Source: an uncultured delta proteobacterium
GTDB lineage: Bacteria > Desulfobacterota > Binatia > Binatales > Binataceae
NCBI GenBank assembly: GCA_963794325.1
Contig: CAWCDG010000004.1
Span: 160,001 to 224,000 of the forward strand
Length of the DNA: 64,000 bases
Direction of reading: 5' to 3'
This document shows, piece after piece, positions 28,458-38,530 of the stretch. Under the pieces are notes generated by a model. The model had not been told where the DNA came from and ran no database searches. It worked only from the letters and a program-made list of their open reading frames with translations. The first letter of the stretch is position 1. Each line of letters begins with the position of its first letter. The translations under genes were made by a program, and so were the position numbers.

Positions 28458-28556
28458 GCGCTCGTCCCTCCAGACGCTCGAATCGTACTTCCAGAGCGAC
28501 CCGCGCGACAAACGCGGAAGTGGCGCATCGACAATCGGCCCGCTAGTTTGATCACG

Positions 28557-28970
28557 ATGGCGGAGCAGCAATTCTACGTCGGCATCCACGGCGTGATCGC
28601 GAGTCGCGGGCGAATCCTCGTGCTCAAGCGCGCGCCGGTGATGATCTACCGCCCGAACAGCTGGGATTTGCCGGGCGGACATATTGCGCTCGGCGAAAGT
28701 TTCGAGGACTGCCTGCTGCGCGAGGTCAAAGAGGAAACCGCGCTTGATGTTGCGATCGATCGATTGCTCGGACTGCACAGCATGGTCTCGGAGCCGTATT
28801 TGCAGGCGCTCTATTCGTGCAAGCTGACAGTTTTTCAGAGTGTGAAGCTGCGGCCCGACGAACACGTCGAGCATCGATGGGTCACACTCGACGAGCTCGC
28901 GAACCTCGACCTGATTCCGTATCTCGCGTCGATTCTGAAGCGTGGGATGCTGAGTTACGTGAAGGGATAG
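28557..28970 (+). CDS. NUDIX hydrolase
   Basis: WDLPGGH..LGESFEDCLLREVKEET Nudix box. Confidence 0.85.
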   Translation: MAEQQFYVGIHGVIASRGRILVLKRAPVMIYRPNSWDLPGGHIALGESFEDCLLREVKEETALDVAIDRLLGLHSMVSEPYLQALYSCKLTVFQSVKLRPDEHVEHRWVTLDELANLDLIPYLASILKRGMLSYVKG

Positions 28971-28980
28971 ACGCGCGGCG

Positions 28981-29893
28981 CTATCTCGCGATCAGGCGGC
29001 CGCGCCAATAGCCGAGAAAGTTCGCGCATTCGAGTTCGTGATAGATCGCGCGCTCGGGATCGCCGCGCATCGTGGCGGCCGCCATTCTCACACTGTTGCG
29101 GATCAACTTGTCGAGGCGATTGTGATTTTTCAGTCCCGCAAACGCGGTGCCCATGCCGAAGGCGAAGCTCTTGCGGCGCAGATACTCGCGGCTCATCCGC
29201 TCAGCCGGAATCAGATGATGCACAATCGCGCGCGGTGCAAAGCCCATCGTGCCGCCGCGCGCCAATATTCGCGCGAACAATTCCGTATCCTCGCCCGAGA
29301 TAGGATTGCCGCCGACCACACCGAGGTCCTCGCGAAATTTTCCGAAGCGCGCGAACGCTGAGCGCTTGAAGCCGACATTGGCGCTGAAATAATTGTCCAG
29401 CCGCTCGGCAGATGAAGCCGGCGCCGATTCGATCGCGCGACGATCGTGAACCGCGAGCTTGACCCACAGGCTCGGCCCGAGCCACTTCGGCGGCGGCGAC
29501 GACCATCGCGGGAGCACCATCCCGCACGCGGCGTCGAGATCGCGCCGCCGCATGTCGTCGAGCAACTCGGCGGCCCAATCGCGCTCGGCGATCGCGTCGT
29601 CGTCGATAAAGAAAATGTAGTCGGCGACGGTTTCGTCCACCGCACGATTTCGGGCGAAGCTCGAACCAGGGTGCGGCTCGAATACTCGTCGCATCGGCAG
29701 CGTCGGAACCGCGCGCGAAGTTATCGACGACGCTGCCAGTGTCGTCGGTTGACGCGTTGTCGATGACGACGCAGTCGGCATCGACGCCGTCGGGAATCGC
29801 GAGCGCCGCGACGCTCGCGAGCGTATCGCGCACAATCGCAGCGCGATTGTGGGTGGGAATCGCGATTGTGAGCTTGAGTGTCAATGCGGTCAT
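28981..29893 (-). pseudogene. Family 2 glycosyltransferase with a frameshift near 29705-29720
   Basis: N-terminus IAIPTHNRA...VIDNASTD in one frame; ARNRAV...FIDDD...GEDTEL in another; junction at a CG repeat. Confidence 0.75.
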
Positions 29894-29998
29894 GCGCGGC
29901 GGCTAGGCCGCCGCGCATCATCATATTAGCCGAATTGCGCCTCGCACCGGACAGCCGGTGCGGAGGTGCAATTCGCCCTGACGCGGCGCGACGCCGCG

Positions 29999-31162
29999 TC
30001 AGTGACTCGCAGCAGCCGCGGGAGCGGCTGCTGCGGCGGAGCCGCTCGCCGCGGGCGACGCCCCCGGCGACGGCGTCGGCGTTGCCGGCTTCGGCAGCGG
30101 CGCGCTCGATTGCGTGAAGACGATCGACGTCACCGTCAGGTCGGGTGTCGCCTTCTGCTGCACCTCGGGCGAGGCCGTCAGCCGGAACCCGAAACTGCGC
30201 GTCTCACCCGGCACGAACGGCAGCACCGGCCGCCCGAAATTCGTGAACTCGAGCGGCGTTGCCACCGGAATATGTACCTCGGTGAAAACGTCCTTCTTCT
30301 TTTTTCCTTTACCCTCGGAATACGTGACTGTGAACTGAACCTCGTCGATAGGCTTATCGCCGGTATTGGTCATCTTGCCGAAAATTCCCGGAACTCGCGA
30401 CGCTGACATCTTCATATCGACGTCGCTCAGCACGATTTTCGGTATGTACGCCTGCGCATCGGGCTGCTGCTTCTGCGCATTCTGAATATCCGCCATCTCG
30501 CGCCCGTACTGGAACTTGAGGCCCGCGTTGCCGGTCGCCTGCTCCTTGTCCAGTTCATCGAGAATTTTCTGATACGCGGCAATCGCTTTGTCGTAGTCGT
30601 GTTGATGGTACAGGTTGACGGCGTCCTTGTGCTCCTTGAGGATATTTTCTTTGAACGGAAAATCCACCAGCAGCCGCCATTCGCCGCCCTGCTGTACCAT
30701 CACCATGTTGTCGTCGTAAGTGACCTTGGGATAAGTATTTTCCTGCAGATTTTTTTGTGCGATCGAATCCGGCGTCTGCTCGCCGCTAATGCCGGCGTCT
30801 ACCGTCCGCTCCCAGAGTGCGAGATCGGGAGCCGTTACGCTGACCGTCACTACTGCTTTGTCGCCATCGACCTTTGCGTCGCCAACCTTATAGTCATAGG
30901 TCCGCAGGATGCCTTTGAACCAGTCCTTGCTCACGTCGGGCGCCATCGGGATTTCGGTCAGGAACTGATCCATCGTACGATCGACCTGGTCCTGATGCGA
31001 AAGCGCCTGATAAGCGGCCGGGTAGTTGTAGAGTTTCAGGTTGCTCAGATAGTTATTCGCCGCGCTCTGCGGTGAATGACCCTGGCATCCCGCCAAAAGA
31101 AATGCGCAAACGGCCACGGCCGCGAGCATCGCGCCCCTGGCTTGAATCCTGATTTTTGTCAT
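29999..31162 (-). CDS. Hypothetical lipoprotein (TPR-like segment, C-terminal beta domain)
   Basis: Lipobox LAGC after a hydrophobic stretch; DYDKAIAAYQKI; FxLYD-like GKMTNTGDKPI...PGETRSF. Confidence 0.7.
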   Translation of the reverse strand: MTKIRIQARGAMLAAVAVCAFLLAGCQGHSPQSAANNYLSNLKLYNYPAAYQALSHQDQVDRTMDQFLTEIPMAPDVSKDWFKGILRTYDYKVGDAKVDGDKAVVTVSVTAPDLALWERTVDAGISGEQTPDSIAQKNLQENTYPKVTYDDNMVMVQQGGEWRLLVDFPFKENILKEHKDAVNLYHQHDYDKAIAAYQKILDELDKEQATGNAGLKFQYGREMADIQNAQKQQPDAQAYIPKIVLSDVDMKMSASRVPGIFGKMTNTGDKPIDEVQFTVTYSEGKGKKKKDVFTEVHIPVATPLEFTNFGRPVLPFVPGETRSFGFRLTASPEVQQKATPDLTVTSIVFTQSSAPLPKPATPTPSPGASPAASGSAAAAAPAAAASH

Positions 31163-31334
31163 CTTCGAATTTCCTTTTTCGCGCTCCAGGCGATCCGCAA
31201 ACGGATAGATTCTAGTTTCGCTTCTGGCAAAAACAAGCCGGTTCAGCGGCCTCCTATCGGCCCCATCCGTGCCAAGGAGACAGTCCTGCTTATCAGAAAA
31301 AAGGCGCACTATGCGACCTGCCGCAACCTGATTT

Positions 31335-31733
31335 TCAGGACGCTGCCGGCATCTGCTTGAGCTCGACGACGTTGCCCTCGGGATCGCGCACATAGATTGA
31401 AAGACCCTGACCACGAGCCCCGTAACGCATTGCGGGATCGCCCAGCACTTCGACCGACCGCTCGCGAAGATAGCGTGCGACCTCGTTCAAGTCGCGAGCC
31501 TCGACACCGATACAGACGTGATCGACATTTAGTCCGGTCTCGACGCGCGGATCGCTTGCCGGAACCAGATCGATCATGCTGTGGCCCGCGCGCAACTGGA
31601 TGAGCCCAATCTGGGCGATACGCCGCTCCTCTTTGAGGCCAAGTATGCGTGTGTAGAAGTCGAGCGCGCGCTCCTGCTCGCGGCATCGCAGCACGACGTG
31701 ATCGAGTTCCGCGACCTTGAATGGAATTTCCAT
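31335..31733 (-). CDS. VOC/glyoxalase family protein
   Basis: LDHVVL, FYTRILG, DHVC, YVRDPEGNVVEL. Confidence 0.88.
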   Translation of the reverse strand: MEIPFKVAELDHVVLRCREQERALDFYTRILGLKEERRIAQIGLIQLRAGHSMIDLVPASDPRVETGLNVDHVCIGVEARDLNEVARYLRERSVEVLGDPAMRYGARGQGLSIYVRDPEGNVVELKQMPAAS

Positions 31734-31742
31734 ATCGATACT

Positions 31743-32960
31743 CTAGGCCCGCGTTCCTGACGCGCTGGCCGTGGCAGCTTTCGTGGCCCGCGGTGGAAAC
31801 CAGAAACGCTCGACTTCTGTGGCGCGCACAGCGTCGTCAATCATTCGCGGGATATCGAAGCGCGATTCCGCGGCCTCGACTTCTTCGATTCGCGCGCGCG
31901 TCTCCGGATGCGCCGGGACGAACAGCGTGCAGCAATCCTCATCCGGTATTATGGATGTCTCAAAGGTGTGCAGCCGGCGCGCCTGCTCGATGATCTCGTT
32001 CTTGTCCATCCCGACCAGCGGCCGCATGACCGGAAACGATGCCGCCTTCTCGATCACCGCCATGTTCTCGAGCGTCTGCGACGCGACCTGCCCCAGGCTC
32101 TCGCCCGTCACCAGCACCGTCGCCTGCGAACGTTCCGCAAGTGCGCTCGCGATTCGCAACATGAAGCGCCGGTAGAGCACCACGCGCAGCGGACGCAGAG
32201 TGTTCGCGACGATCTCGCGCTGCAGGTTCCCGAACGGCACCAGCATCAGCGTTGATCGCACCTGCCATCGCGTCAAATGCGCAGCCAGCTCGGCCGCCTT
32301 CTCGCGGCTCGCAGCAGACACCAGCGGATGCGCGTGAAAGTGCACGAAGTCCAACCGGAGCCCGCGACGCATCATGCGATACGCCGCGACCGGCGAGTCG
32401 ATACCGCCCGACAGCAGCGCCATTCCACGTCCAGTGACTCCAACCGGCAATCCGCCCGCGCCCGGTAGCTTGCCGGCCGATACGTATGCGGCGTCGTTCA
32501 TTATCTCGATCGAAATCGTCAGCTCGGGCGCGCTCAGATCGACTTCGAAGCCAAGCGCCTCCTGCACTTCGCCGCCGACCGCCCGATCAATCTCGACCGA
32601 GTTCATCGCAAACCGTTTGTCCTCGCGCTTGGTCCGCACCGCAAACGTGCGCGCCTTGCTTCCGGTGGCGCGCTTGATCGCTTCACGCGAGATCGATTCG
32701 ATATCGCGCGGCGTCGAATAGCTGAGCGAGAAATTCTGCAAGCCGAAAATTGTTGTCGCGCGCTCGGCCGCGGTTTCGTCGCTGAGTTCATCGGGAAGCG
32801 GCACCAGCAGGCGCGGCCCGACGCTGCGCATGTTGCCGAGCCGGTAGTCGGCGAAAATGTCGCGCAGGTTTTGCTTGACCTGATCGACGAACCTCCACTG
32901 ATTGCGCCCCTTGAGCGCGATCTCGTGGTACCTGCCAATCAAATATCTCATCTCGTTCAA
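31743..32960 (-). CDS. thiI: tRNA 4-thiouridine(8) synthase ThiI (no rhodanese domain)
   Basis: EIALKGRN, THUMP region, GGLPVG, LLSGGIDSPVA PP-loop, TGESLGQVASQT, DCC. Confidence 0.93.
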   Translation of the reverse strand: MNEMRYLIGRYHEIALKGRNQWRFVDQVKQNLRDIFADYRLGNMRSVGPRLLVPLPDELSDETAAERATTIFGLQNFSLSYSTPRDIESISREAIKRATGSKARTFAVRTKREDKRFAMNSVEIDRAVGGEVQEALGFEVDLSAPELTISIEIMNDAAYVSAGKLPGAGGLPVGVTGRGMALLSGGIDSPVAAYRMMRRGLRLDFVHFHAHPLVSAASREKAAELAAHLTRWQVRSTLMLVPFGNLQREIVANTLRPLRVVLYRRFMLRIASALAERSQATVLVTGESLGQVASQTLENMAVIEKAASFPVMRPLVGMDKNEIIEQARRLHTFETSIIPDEDCCTLFVPAHPETRARIEEVEAAESRFDIPRMIDDAVRATEVERFWFPPRATKAATASASGTRA

Positions 32961-32980
32961 TCGCCCGCGCGCGACGCTTA

Positions 32981-33066
32981 ACCCCTCTCCCTGTAAGGGA
33001 GAGGATTAAGGTGAGGGTCCTTTTCAGCGCGCGTCCTCTGCGCGCGACTTAAGATTCTGCCTCTTC
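32981..33066. repeat. CCCTCTCCC/GGGAGAGG-type repeat with flank
   Basis: Hairpin + GTGAGGG tail; inverted homolog at 44181-44290. Confidence 0.75.
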
Positions 33067-33144
33067 AATCTGTTATGCAAACTTCTCGCATCGAGAGACG
33101 CGCCGCGCTTGCGCCAATGCCCCTGCGCGCGATTATCTGTAGCG

Positions 33145-33753
33145 ATGAGCGACAGCACCGTGTTCGCCGCACACATTGAAAAAATCCGGCGCAAGCTCTC
33201 GACCGTCACTCCGCCGCCGCGCGAGGCGCTCGCCAACAAATCAAATGCCGCCGCGGTGCTGATTCCAATCTTCGAGCGCGATGGCGAGCTGAACATCGTC
33301 TATATCCGCCGATCCGATCACGTCGCCAGTCATCGCGGGCAAGTCGCGTTCCCCGGCGGCCGGGTCGATCCAATCGATGCGACCCTGCTCGACGCGGCGC
33401 TGCGTGAGGCGCACGAAGAAGTCGGCATCCATCCTTCGGCCGTCGAGGTAATCGGCGCGTTCGCCACGATGCAGACGACGACCAGCGGAATCGTAGTCGC
33501 GCCATTCGTCGGCGTCATTGCTTCGGACGCGCCGCTCAAGCCGCAACTCTCCGAGGTCGCACAAATCTTCGATGTGCCGCTGAGCGCGCTGCGCGATCCC
33601 AAGTTCCGCGGCGACTACGAATGGAAGAGCGAGGGGCCCGCTACCCGCTCATCGAAATTTCCGGCGATACTGTACGGCGGCCAGACAATCTGGGGCCTGA
33701 CCCTGCGCATCACGCTGAACCTTCTCGAACTGCTCGATCCCGCCAAGACATGA
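33145..33753 (+). CDS. CoA pyrophosphatase (NudL-like NUDIX)
   Basis: AAVLIP, HRGQVAFPGG, ALREAHEEVG, IWGLT. Confidence 0.9.
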   Translation: MSDSTVFAAHIEKIRRKLSTVTPPPREALANKSNAAAVLIPIFERDGELNIVYIRRSDHVASHRGQVAFPGGRVDPIDATLLDAALREAHEEVGIHPSAVEVIGAFATMQTTTSGIVVAPFVGVIASDAPLKPQLSEVAQIFDVPLSALRDPKFRGDYEWKSEGPATRSSKFPAILYGGQTIWGLTLRITLNLLELLDPAKT

Positions 33754-33777
33754 GCGAGCATCGCGATTCGCGCATAC

Positions 33778-33886
33778 AACCTAACCCTGTCCCGAGCGGG
33801 AAGGGGGACCGGAATGAGGAAACCGAGTCTTCGCCCCTTCTGCGATTGTTCCCCTTCCCTCGAGGGAAGGGGTTAGGGGTTAGGTT
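33778..33886. repeat. Family A inverted doublet
   Basis: Copies at 33778-33810 and 33848-33886 in opposite orientation. Confidence 0.85.
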
Positions 33887-33935
33887 CCTGACGATCATAC
33901 ACTCCGCACCAGAATAGATTCGAAGGGAGTCGAAG

Positions 33936-35513
33936 ATGGGACGCAATATTCTTTTTATCACCACCGATCAGCAGCGCTACGACGCGCTCGGATGCAATGG
34001 CGGCAAGATCGCGCAGACGCCGGTGGCCGACCGCCTCGCCGCCAACGGCATCAACTACAATCGCGCGCACAACCAGAATGTCGTCTGCATGCCGGCGCGA
34101 TCGACGATGATTACCGGCCAGTACGTGCGCACGCATGGCGTGGTGGCCAACGGCGTCGCGCTCCCGCCCGATGCGCCGAGCGTCGCGTCATATCTCCACG
34201 AGAAGGCCGGCTACCGCACCGCGCTGCTCGGCAAGGCGCATTTCGAGCCCGCCTTCGATTTGCAGGGGCGATGGTTCGAGAACTCGATGGCGCGCAAGAA
34301 TTCGACCGGGCCGTATCGCGGGTTCGATCGGATGGAACTCGCGATGCATACGCCGGTCGGCGGCTGGCATTACTCACTGTGGTTGCAGAACAACCATCCC
34401 GACGAGATCGCAGGCTTCGCGCCGATTCTAAGCGCGCTTCCGGGCGGCGACACCGGCGCGCCCGAAGTGAAATACAATCCCGTGCCGCGCGAGCATTACC
34501 ATACTGACTGGGTCGCCGCCCGAACGATCGCGTACCTCGACTCGCTCGATCCCAACGACAACTGGTTCGTGTGGATGAGCTTCCCCGACCCGCATCATCC
34601 GTGGGATCCGCCGCAGGACGAGGCGCGCCGAATCAACTGGCGCGATCTAGATCTGCCCGCCAGCTATCCCGGCTCGCGTGAAAAGATCGAGAAGATACTC
34701 TCCGGCAAGCCGCGCCATTGGCTCGACTGGTACGAAGGCCGCTTCGGCAATTTCGAAGGCGGCCCTGGCAGCTTCGTGCCGTGTCAGATGACCGAGAATC
34801 AGGTTCGCGAAGTCAACGCGATGACTCATGTCGAGAACGAACTGATCGACCAGGCATGCGGGCGGGTGCTCGATCGAATCGCCGAGCGCGGATGGGAATC
34901 GCGCACCGATGTAATTTTCACCACCGACCACGGCGAGCTGCAAGGCGACTTCGGCCTGCTCTACAAAGGCCCGTATCACGTCGATGCGCTGATGCGACTG
35001 CCGATGATCTGGAGGCCAGCGCCGTCGGCAAACGTCGCGCACAACGAAATCGCGGAGCCGGTCGGCCAACTCGATCTCGCGCCGACGTTCTGCCAAATCG
35101 CCGGCGTGCCGGTTCCCGATTGGATGCAGGGAAAGCCGCTGCCGGTTGCGCCGGGCAGTGGCCGCGAACGCGTTATCACCGAATGGGACAGCCAGTTCGC
35201 CGCAATCGGGATGCATCTGCGGAGTATCTACCGCGACGGCTACACGCTGACGGTTTACGAGAAATCGACCCGCGACGTCGGCTTCGACCTCGCCAACATT
35301 CCGCCGATGGTCGCGCCTCGCGGCGGCATTTTAGATATCCGCTACGACGGCACCGAGGGCGAGCTTTACAACCTGCGCGAAGACCCGATGCAATGGCGCA
35401 ATCTGTGGAACGATCCCGCATACGCAAAGCTGAAGTCCGACCTGCGCGCGGACCTGTACGACAATCTTCCGCCAGAGCGGAATCCGAAGCTGCCGGTCGA
35501 GGCGCCGGCGTGA
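33936..35513 (+). CDS. Sulfatase (Cys-type, formylglycine-dependent)
   Basis: NILFITTDQQR, CMPARS (CxPxR), GKAH, PHHP, TTDHG, ELYNLREDP. Confidence 0.9.
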   Translation: MGRNILFITTDQQRYDALGCNGGKIAQTPVADRLAANGINYNRAHNQNVVCMPARSTMITGQYVRTHGVVANGVALPPDAPSVASYLHEKAGYRTALLGKAHFEPAFDLQGRWFENSMARKNSTGPYRGFDRMELAMHTPVGGWHYSLWLQNNHPDEIAGFAPILSALPGGDTGAPEVKYNPVPREHYHTDWVAARTIAYLDSLDPNDNWFVWMSFPDPHHPWDPPQDEARRINWRDLDLPASYPGSREKIEKILSGKPRHWLDWYEGRFGNFEGGPGSFVPCQMTENQVREVNAMTHVENELIDQACGRVLDRIAERGWESRTDVIFTTDHGELQGDFGLLYKGPYHVDALMRLPMIWRPAPSANVAHNEIAEPVGQLDLAPTFCQIAGVPVPDWMQGKPLPVAPGSGRERVITEWDSQFAAIGMHLRSIYRDGYTLTVYEKSTRDVGFDLANIPPMVAPRGGILDIRYDGTEGELYNLREDPMQWRNLWNDPAYAKLKSDLRADLYDNLPPERNPKLPVEAPA

Positions 35514-35547
35514 GCGGGGGAGTGGAAGGGGAAGTCACTTGATCAAA

Positions 35548-35875
35548 CGCGGAACCCACCGTGGGTTCCGCACCTCCTTGGGCAGGGGTGACCCCTGCAC
35601 CCAGTGAGAAGGAGAAGATGCGGGGCTTCGCCCCTGTTAGAACTTTGTCGGGAAGAAGCTTTCCCCCACGTCCGGTTCCCCTTCCCGCGCGGGAAGGGGT
35701 TAGGGGTTAGGTTCTTCACGCCCGCGGCGCGGCCTCCGAATACCTCGCCCGTTATTTTACGGGAGAGGAGGCCGGCGGGCGCAGCCGCCGGTAGGTGAGG
35801 GTTCTGCGGTCAGGTCACAAAGTCAGGCTGCTCACTCTTTGTGTCATTCAGAGCGAAGCGAAGAATCCCGAATCC
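35548..35875. repeat. Mosaic cluster of REP-like repeats (families B, A, CCTCGCCC-type, D)
   Basis: B at 35548-35607, A at 35674-35713, D (GTCATTCAGAGCGAAGCGAAGAATCCC) at about 35842-35870. Confidence 0.8.
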
Positions 35876-35904
35876 GCGCAGGTCCGAAATGAAGAGGTAA
35901 GAGC

Positions 35905-36945
35905 ATGGAGATCACATCATTGAAACTGGTCGGCGCGTTTGGGTCGCCTTATTCGCGGAAGATGCGCGCGGTTTTGCGGTTTCGGCGAATTCCGTTCCGG
36001 TGGATCATGCGCGGATCGAGCGAGGATGTCGGGATTCCGGAGGTTCCGGTCGCGCTGATTCCGGTGATTGTCTTCCCCGGCGAGAATGGACGCGCTGACG
36101 AAGCGATGATCGATTCTACGTTTCAGATTCGGCGGCTCGAGAAGATGTTCCCCGCGCGATCGATTATCCCGGATGATCCGGCGATCGCGTTCCTTGATGC
36201 GCTCCTCGAAGACTACGCCGACGAATGGCTCACCAAGCCGATGTTCCATTACCGATGGAAGTACGCAGCCGATATTCACAAGGCGTCGCACGTGCTCGCA
36301 CTCGACCGCAATCCGTTGATGAGTCGTGACACGTTGGCCTCGATGTCCAGCTATATTGCCAAGCGGCAAATCGAAAGGCTGCGCGTAGTCGGCTCCAACG
36401 ACGTGACCACTCCCGTAATCGAGGCGAGCTACCGGCGTTTGCTCGGGTTGCTCGATTCGCATCTGGTCGCCGGCCGTCGATTCCTCATGGGCGCGCGGCC
36501 CGGTGCGAGCGACTTCGGGTTGTTCGGCCAGTTGAGCCAGTTGGCGCATTTCGATCCCACGCCCGCCGCGATCGCATCCGCCGAGACGCCGCGCGTGGTT
36601 TCCTGGGTGTCGCATCTCGACGATCTCTCGTCGAACGAGATCGAGAACGTCCCATGGCCGTCGCGGGAAGAGGCCGCTATCGCACTCCGACCGTTCTTCA
36701 TCGAAGTCGGCCGGGTCTATGCGCCGTTCCTGATCGCGAATGCGCGCGCGCTCGCCTCGGGTGCGACCGAAGTCCGATGCGAGATCGACGGTCTCCCATG
36801 GGTACAGCAGCCCTTCCCCTACCAGGGCAAATGCCTCAAATGGCTGCGCGAAGCTCGCGAGGCGCTAAGCACCGCCGATCGAAAATTTGCGGACGGCGCG
36901 CTTGAATCCACCGGCGCGGACAGAATCTTCGGAAAACTTGATTGA
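35905..36945 (+). CDS. Glutathione S-transferase-like protein
   Basis: GSPYSRKMRA, IDST, EDYADEW, FLMGARPGASDFGLFGQL. Confidence 0.8.
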   Translation: MEITSLKLVGAFGSPYSRKMRAVLRFRRIPFRWIMRGSSEDVGIPEVPVALIPVIVFPGENGRADEAMIDSTFQIRRLEKMFPARSIIPDDPAIAFLDALLEDYADEWLTKPMFHYRWKYAADIHKASHVLALDRNPLMSRDTLASMSSYIAKRQIERLRVVGSNDVTTPVIEASYRRLLGLLDSHLVAGRRFLMGARPGASDFGLFGQLSQLAHFDPTPAAIASAETPRVVSWVSHLDDLSSNEIENVPWPSREEAAIALRPFFIEVGRVYAPFLIANARALASGATEVRCEIDGLPWVQQPFPYQGKCLKWLREAREALSTADRKFADGALESTGADRIFGKLD

Positions 36946-36947
36946 AT

Positions 36948-37053
36948 GTGCAACCCGCGGTGGGTTCCACACCTCCTTCGGCAGGGCTAAGCCCTGCACC
37001 TTAGAACTAATCGCAAAATGGCGAGGACGCCGTTTTGCTCTCAGGGTCGGGGG
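36948..37053. repeat. Composite family B element (inverted copy of 22618-22728)
   Basis: CTAATCGCAAAATGGCGAGGACGCC.TTTTGCTCTCAGGGTCGGGGG is shared nearly exactly. Confidence 0.85.
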
Positions 37054-37111
37054 GTAGGCCTAGCGGGGCGGGCTGCCGAGAGATGCCTCTTTGTAGGATT
37101 ATATACTCTAC

Positions 37112-37140
37112 TTGACACATTCGTGAGATATGTAGATACT
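37112..37140 (+). promoter_or_regulatory. Putative sigma70 promoter
   Basis: TTGACA-N17-GATACT in an AT-rich intergenic region. Confidence 0.5.
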
Positions 37141-37310
37141 CGGTGACGTTAATTTAGTAAAGATTTCACGCTTGGACATGACAAGACTGATAAAAGTGGA
37201 TCGAAACTTTCGAGACAGCAATGGTCCGTTGCCAGGAATTTTGCCACTACGCCAAGGGCTTTCAGGCAATGCTCAGCTCGTTGCAAAAATCCTGGCGGGG
37301 AGGATCACCG

Positions 37311-37775
37311 ATGACGGCGCTCGCAAACGTTAAAAAATCAGAGACCTCGGATTTTCCTGCGGGCGATCGATCGAACGCGGAAAGAATCTTCGACGAGTTT
37401 TGTGCCGACCTCGAGAGTATCGCCGCTCTCGGTGTGACCGCCGAGGAATTCCGGGAACTGTCGCGCGCCTCGCTGTTCGGAACATTGACCAGCAAGGACG
37501 ACCTGATGTTCATGCTGCGGCAGATTCGTGCCGCGATGAATCCAGCGGCATCGCGGGCAGACGGACAATCGATTCCGGACGTTAATCATCTGGCCGAGAC
37601 GATGCGCCTGGCGGCACTGGCGAAACTCGACGAACTGGATTTGAAGGCTGCCCGGCGGAGAGAGTCGGTCGTGGGCCGGATTGAGGCGGCGTTGGGGTTA
37701 GTCAACCTGATGCTCGGACGAGCGCAGTCCTTTGCCGCGCATCTGTCGCACAAACTTAGTCGCCGACTCGCTTAG
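37311..37775 (+). CDS. Hypothetical protein
   Basis: GGAGG RBS before ATG; helical-looking 154 aa; no recognised motif. Confidence 0.6.
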   Translation: MTALANVKKSETSDFPAGDRSNAERIFDEFCADLESIAALGVTAEEFRELSRASLFGTLTSKDDLMFMLRQIRAAMNPAASRADGQSIPDVNHLAETMRLAALAKLDELDLKAARRRESVVGRIEAALGLVNLMLGRAQSFAAHLSHKLSRRLA

Positions 37776-38017
37776 TTGGCGACCAGTCTAAAGCGGCTAG
37801 CGCCTCACTAACCTACCGGCAGTTAACCGTTCGTTGTGCGTTCATGGCTTACCCGGTTAAGCTATTCGCGTTGCCGACATCTCCAGATACAACCGCCAGC
37901 AACCCGAAACGCGAGCTGCCGCGATCATGTTCAGCGACGTGGTCGGGTACACCGCGACGTGCTGCTGAAAAAAGTGCATCTCGACAAGTGAAATTCCCGA
38001 TGATTGGAGCCAAGCGA

Positions 38018-38530
38018 ATGAACCGTCCACGCCACGACTCGAGAACGTTCCTGGTGGTTGCCGTTTTGCTTCTGAGTGTCGCCGGCGGCGCATCGATTGC
38101 GCGGGCGGACCGCGAGGCTGCGCTGATGAACCAGGTGAACGCCGCGCTGCGCAGCAATCCCCGGCTCAACGGCGCGAAGGCGTACACGGCAGCGGAGGGC
38201 GTGGTCGTGCTTTACGGCACGGTGTTCGACGACAAGGATCGCGCGATGGCGGAGCAGATCGCGAATTCCGTCAACGGCGTCACGCAAGTCGTCGATAACC
38301 TGCGGACCAAGACCGGCAAATGGGCCGATGAAGAAGAGCGTATCAACACCCAGCTCCTGAGCAACGGGTTCAACGACGTGCAGGCGAAAGTGGTCGGTCC
38401 TTACATTTATCTGTCGGGCAACGTCACCGGGCCGGCCGACAAGAATCGCGCCGCCAACGTGGCGTCGTCGGTTTATCCGAACAAGCAAATCAACAACATG
38501 ATCTTTGTCCAGCCGGGATCGATGTTCTAG
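38018..38530 (+). CDS. Dual-BON domain periplasmic protein
   Basis: Signal peptide; GVVVLYGTV...GVTQVVDNL and a second IYLSGNV...INNM. Confidence 0.8.
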   Translation: MNRPRHDSRTFLVVAVLLLSVAGGASIARADREAALMNQVNAALRSNPRLNGAKAYTAAEGVVVLYGTVFDDKDRAMAEQIANSVNGVTQVVDNLRTKTGKWADEEERINTQLLSNGFNDVQAKVVGPYIYLSGNVTGPADKNRAANVASSVYPNKQINNMIFVQPGSMF

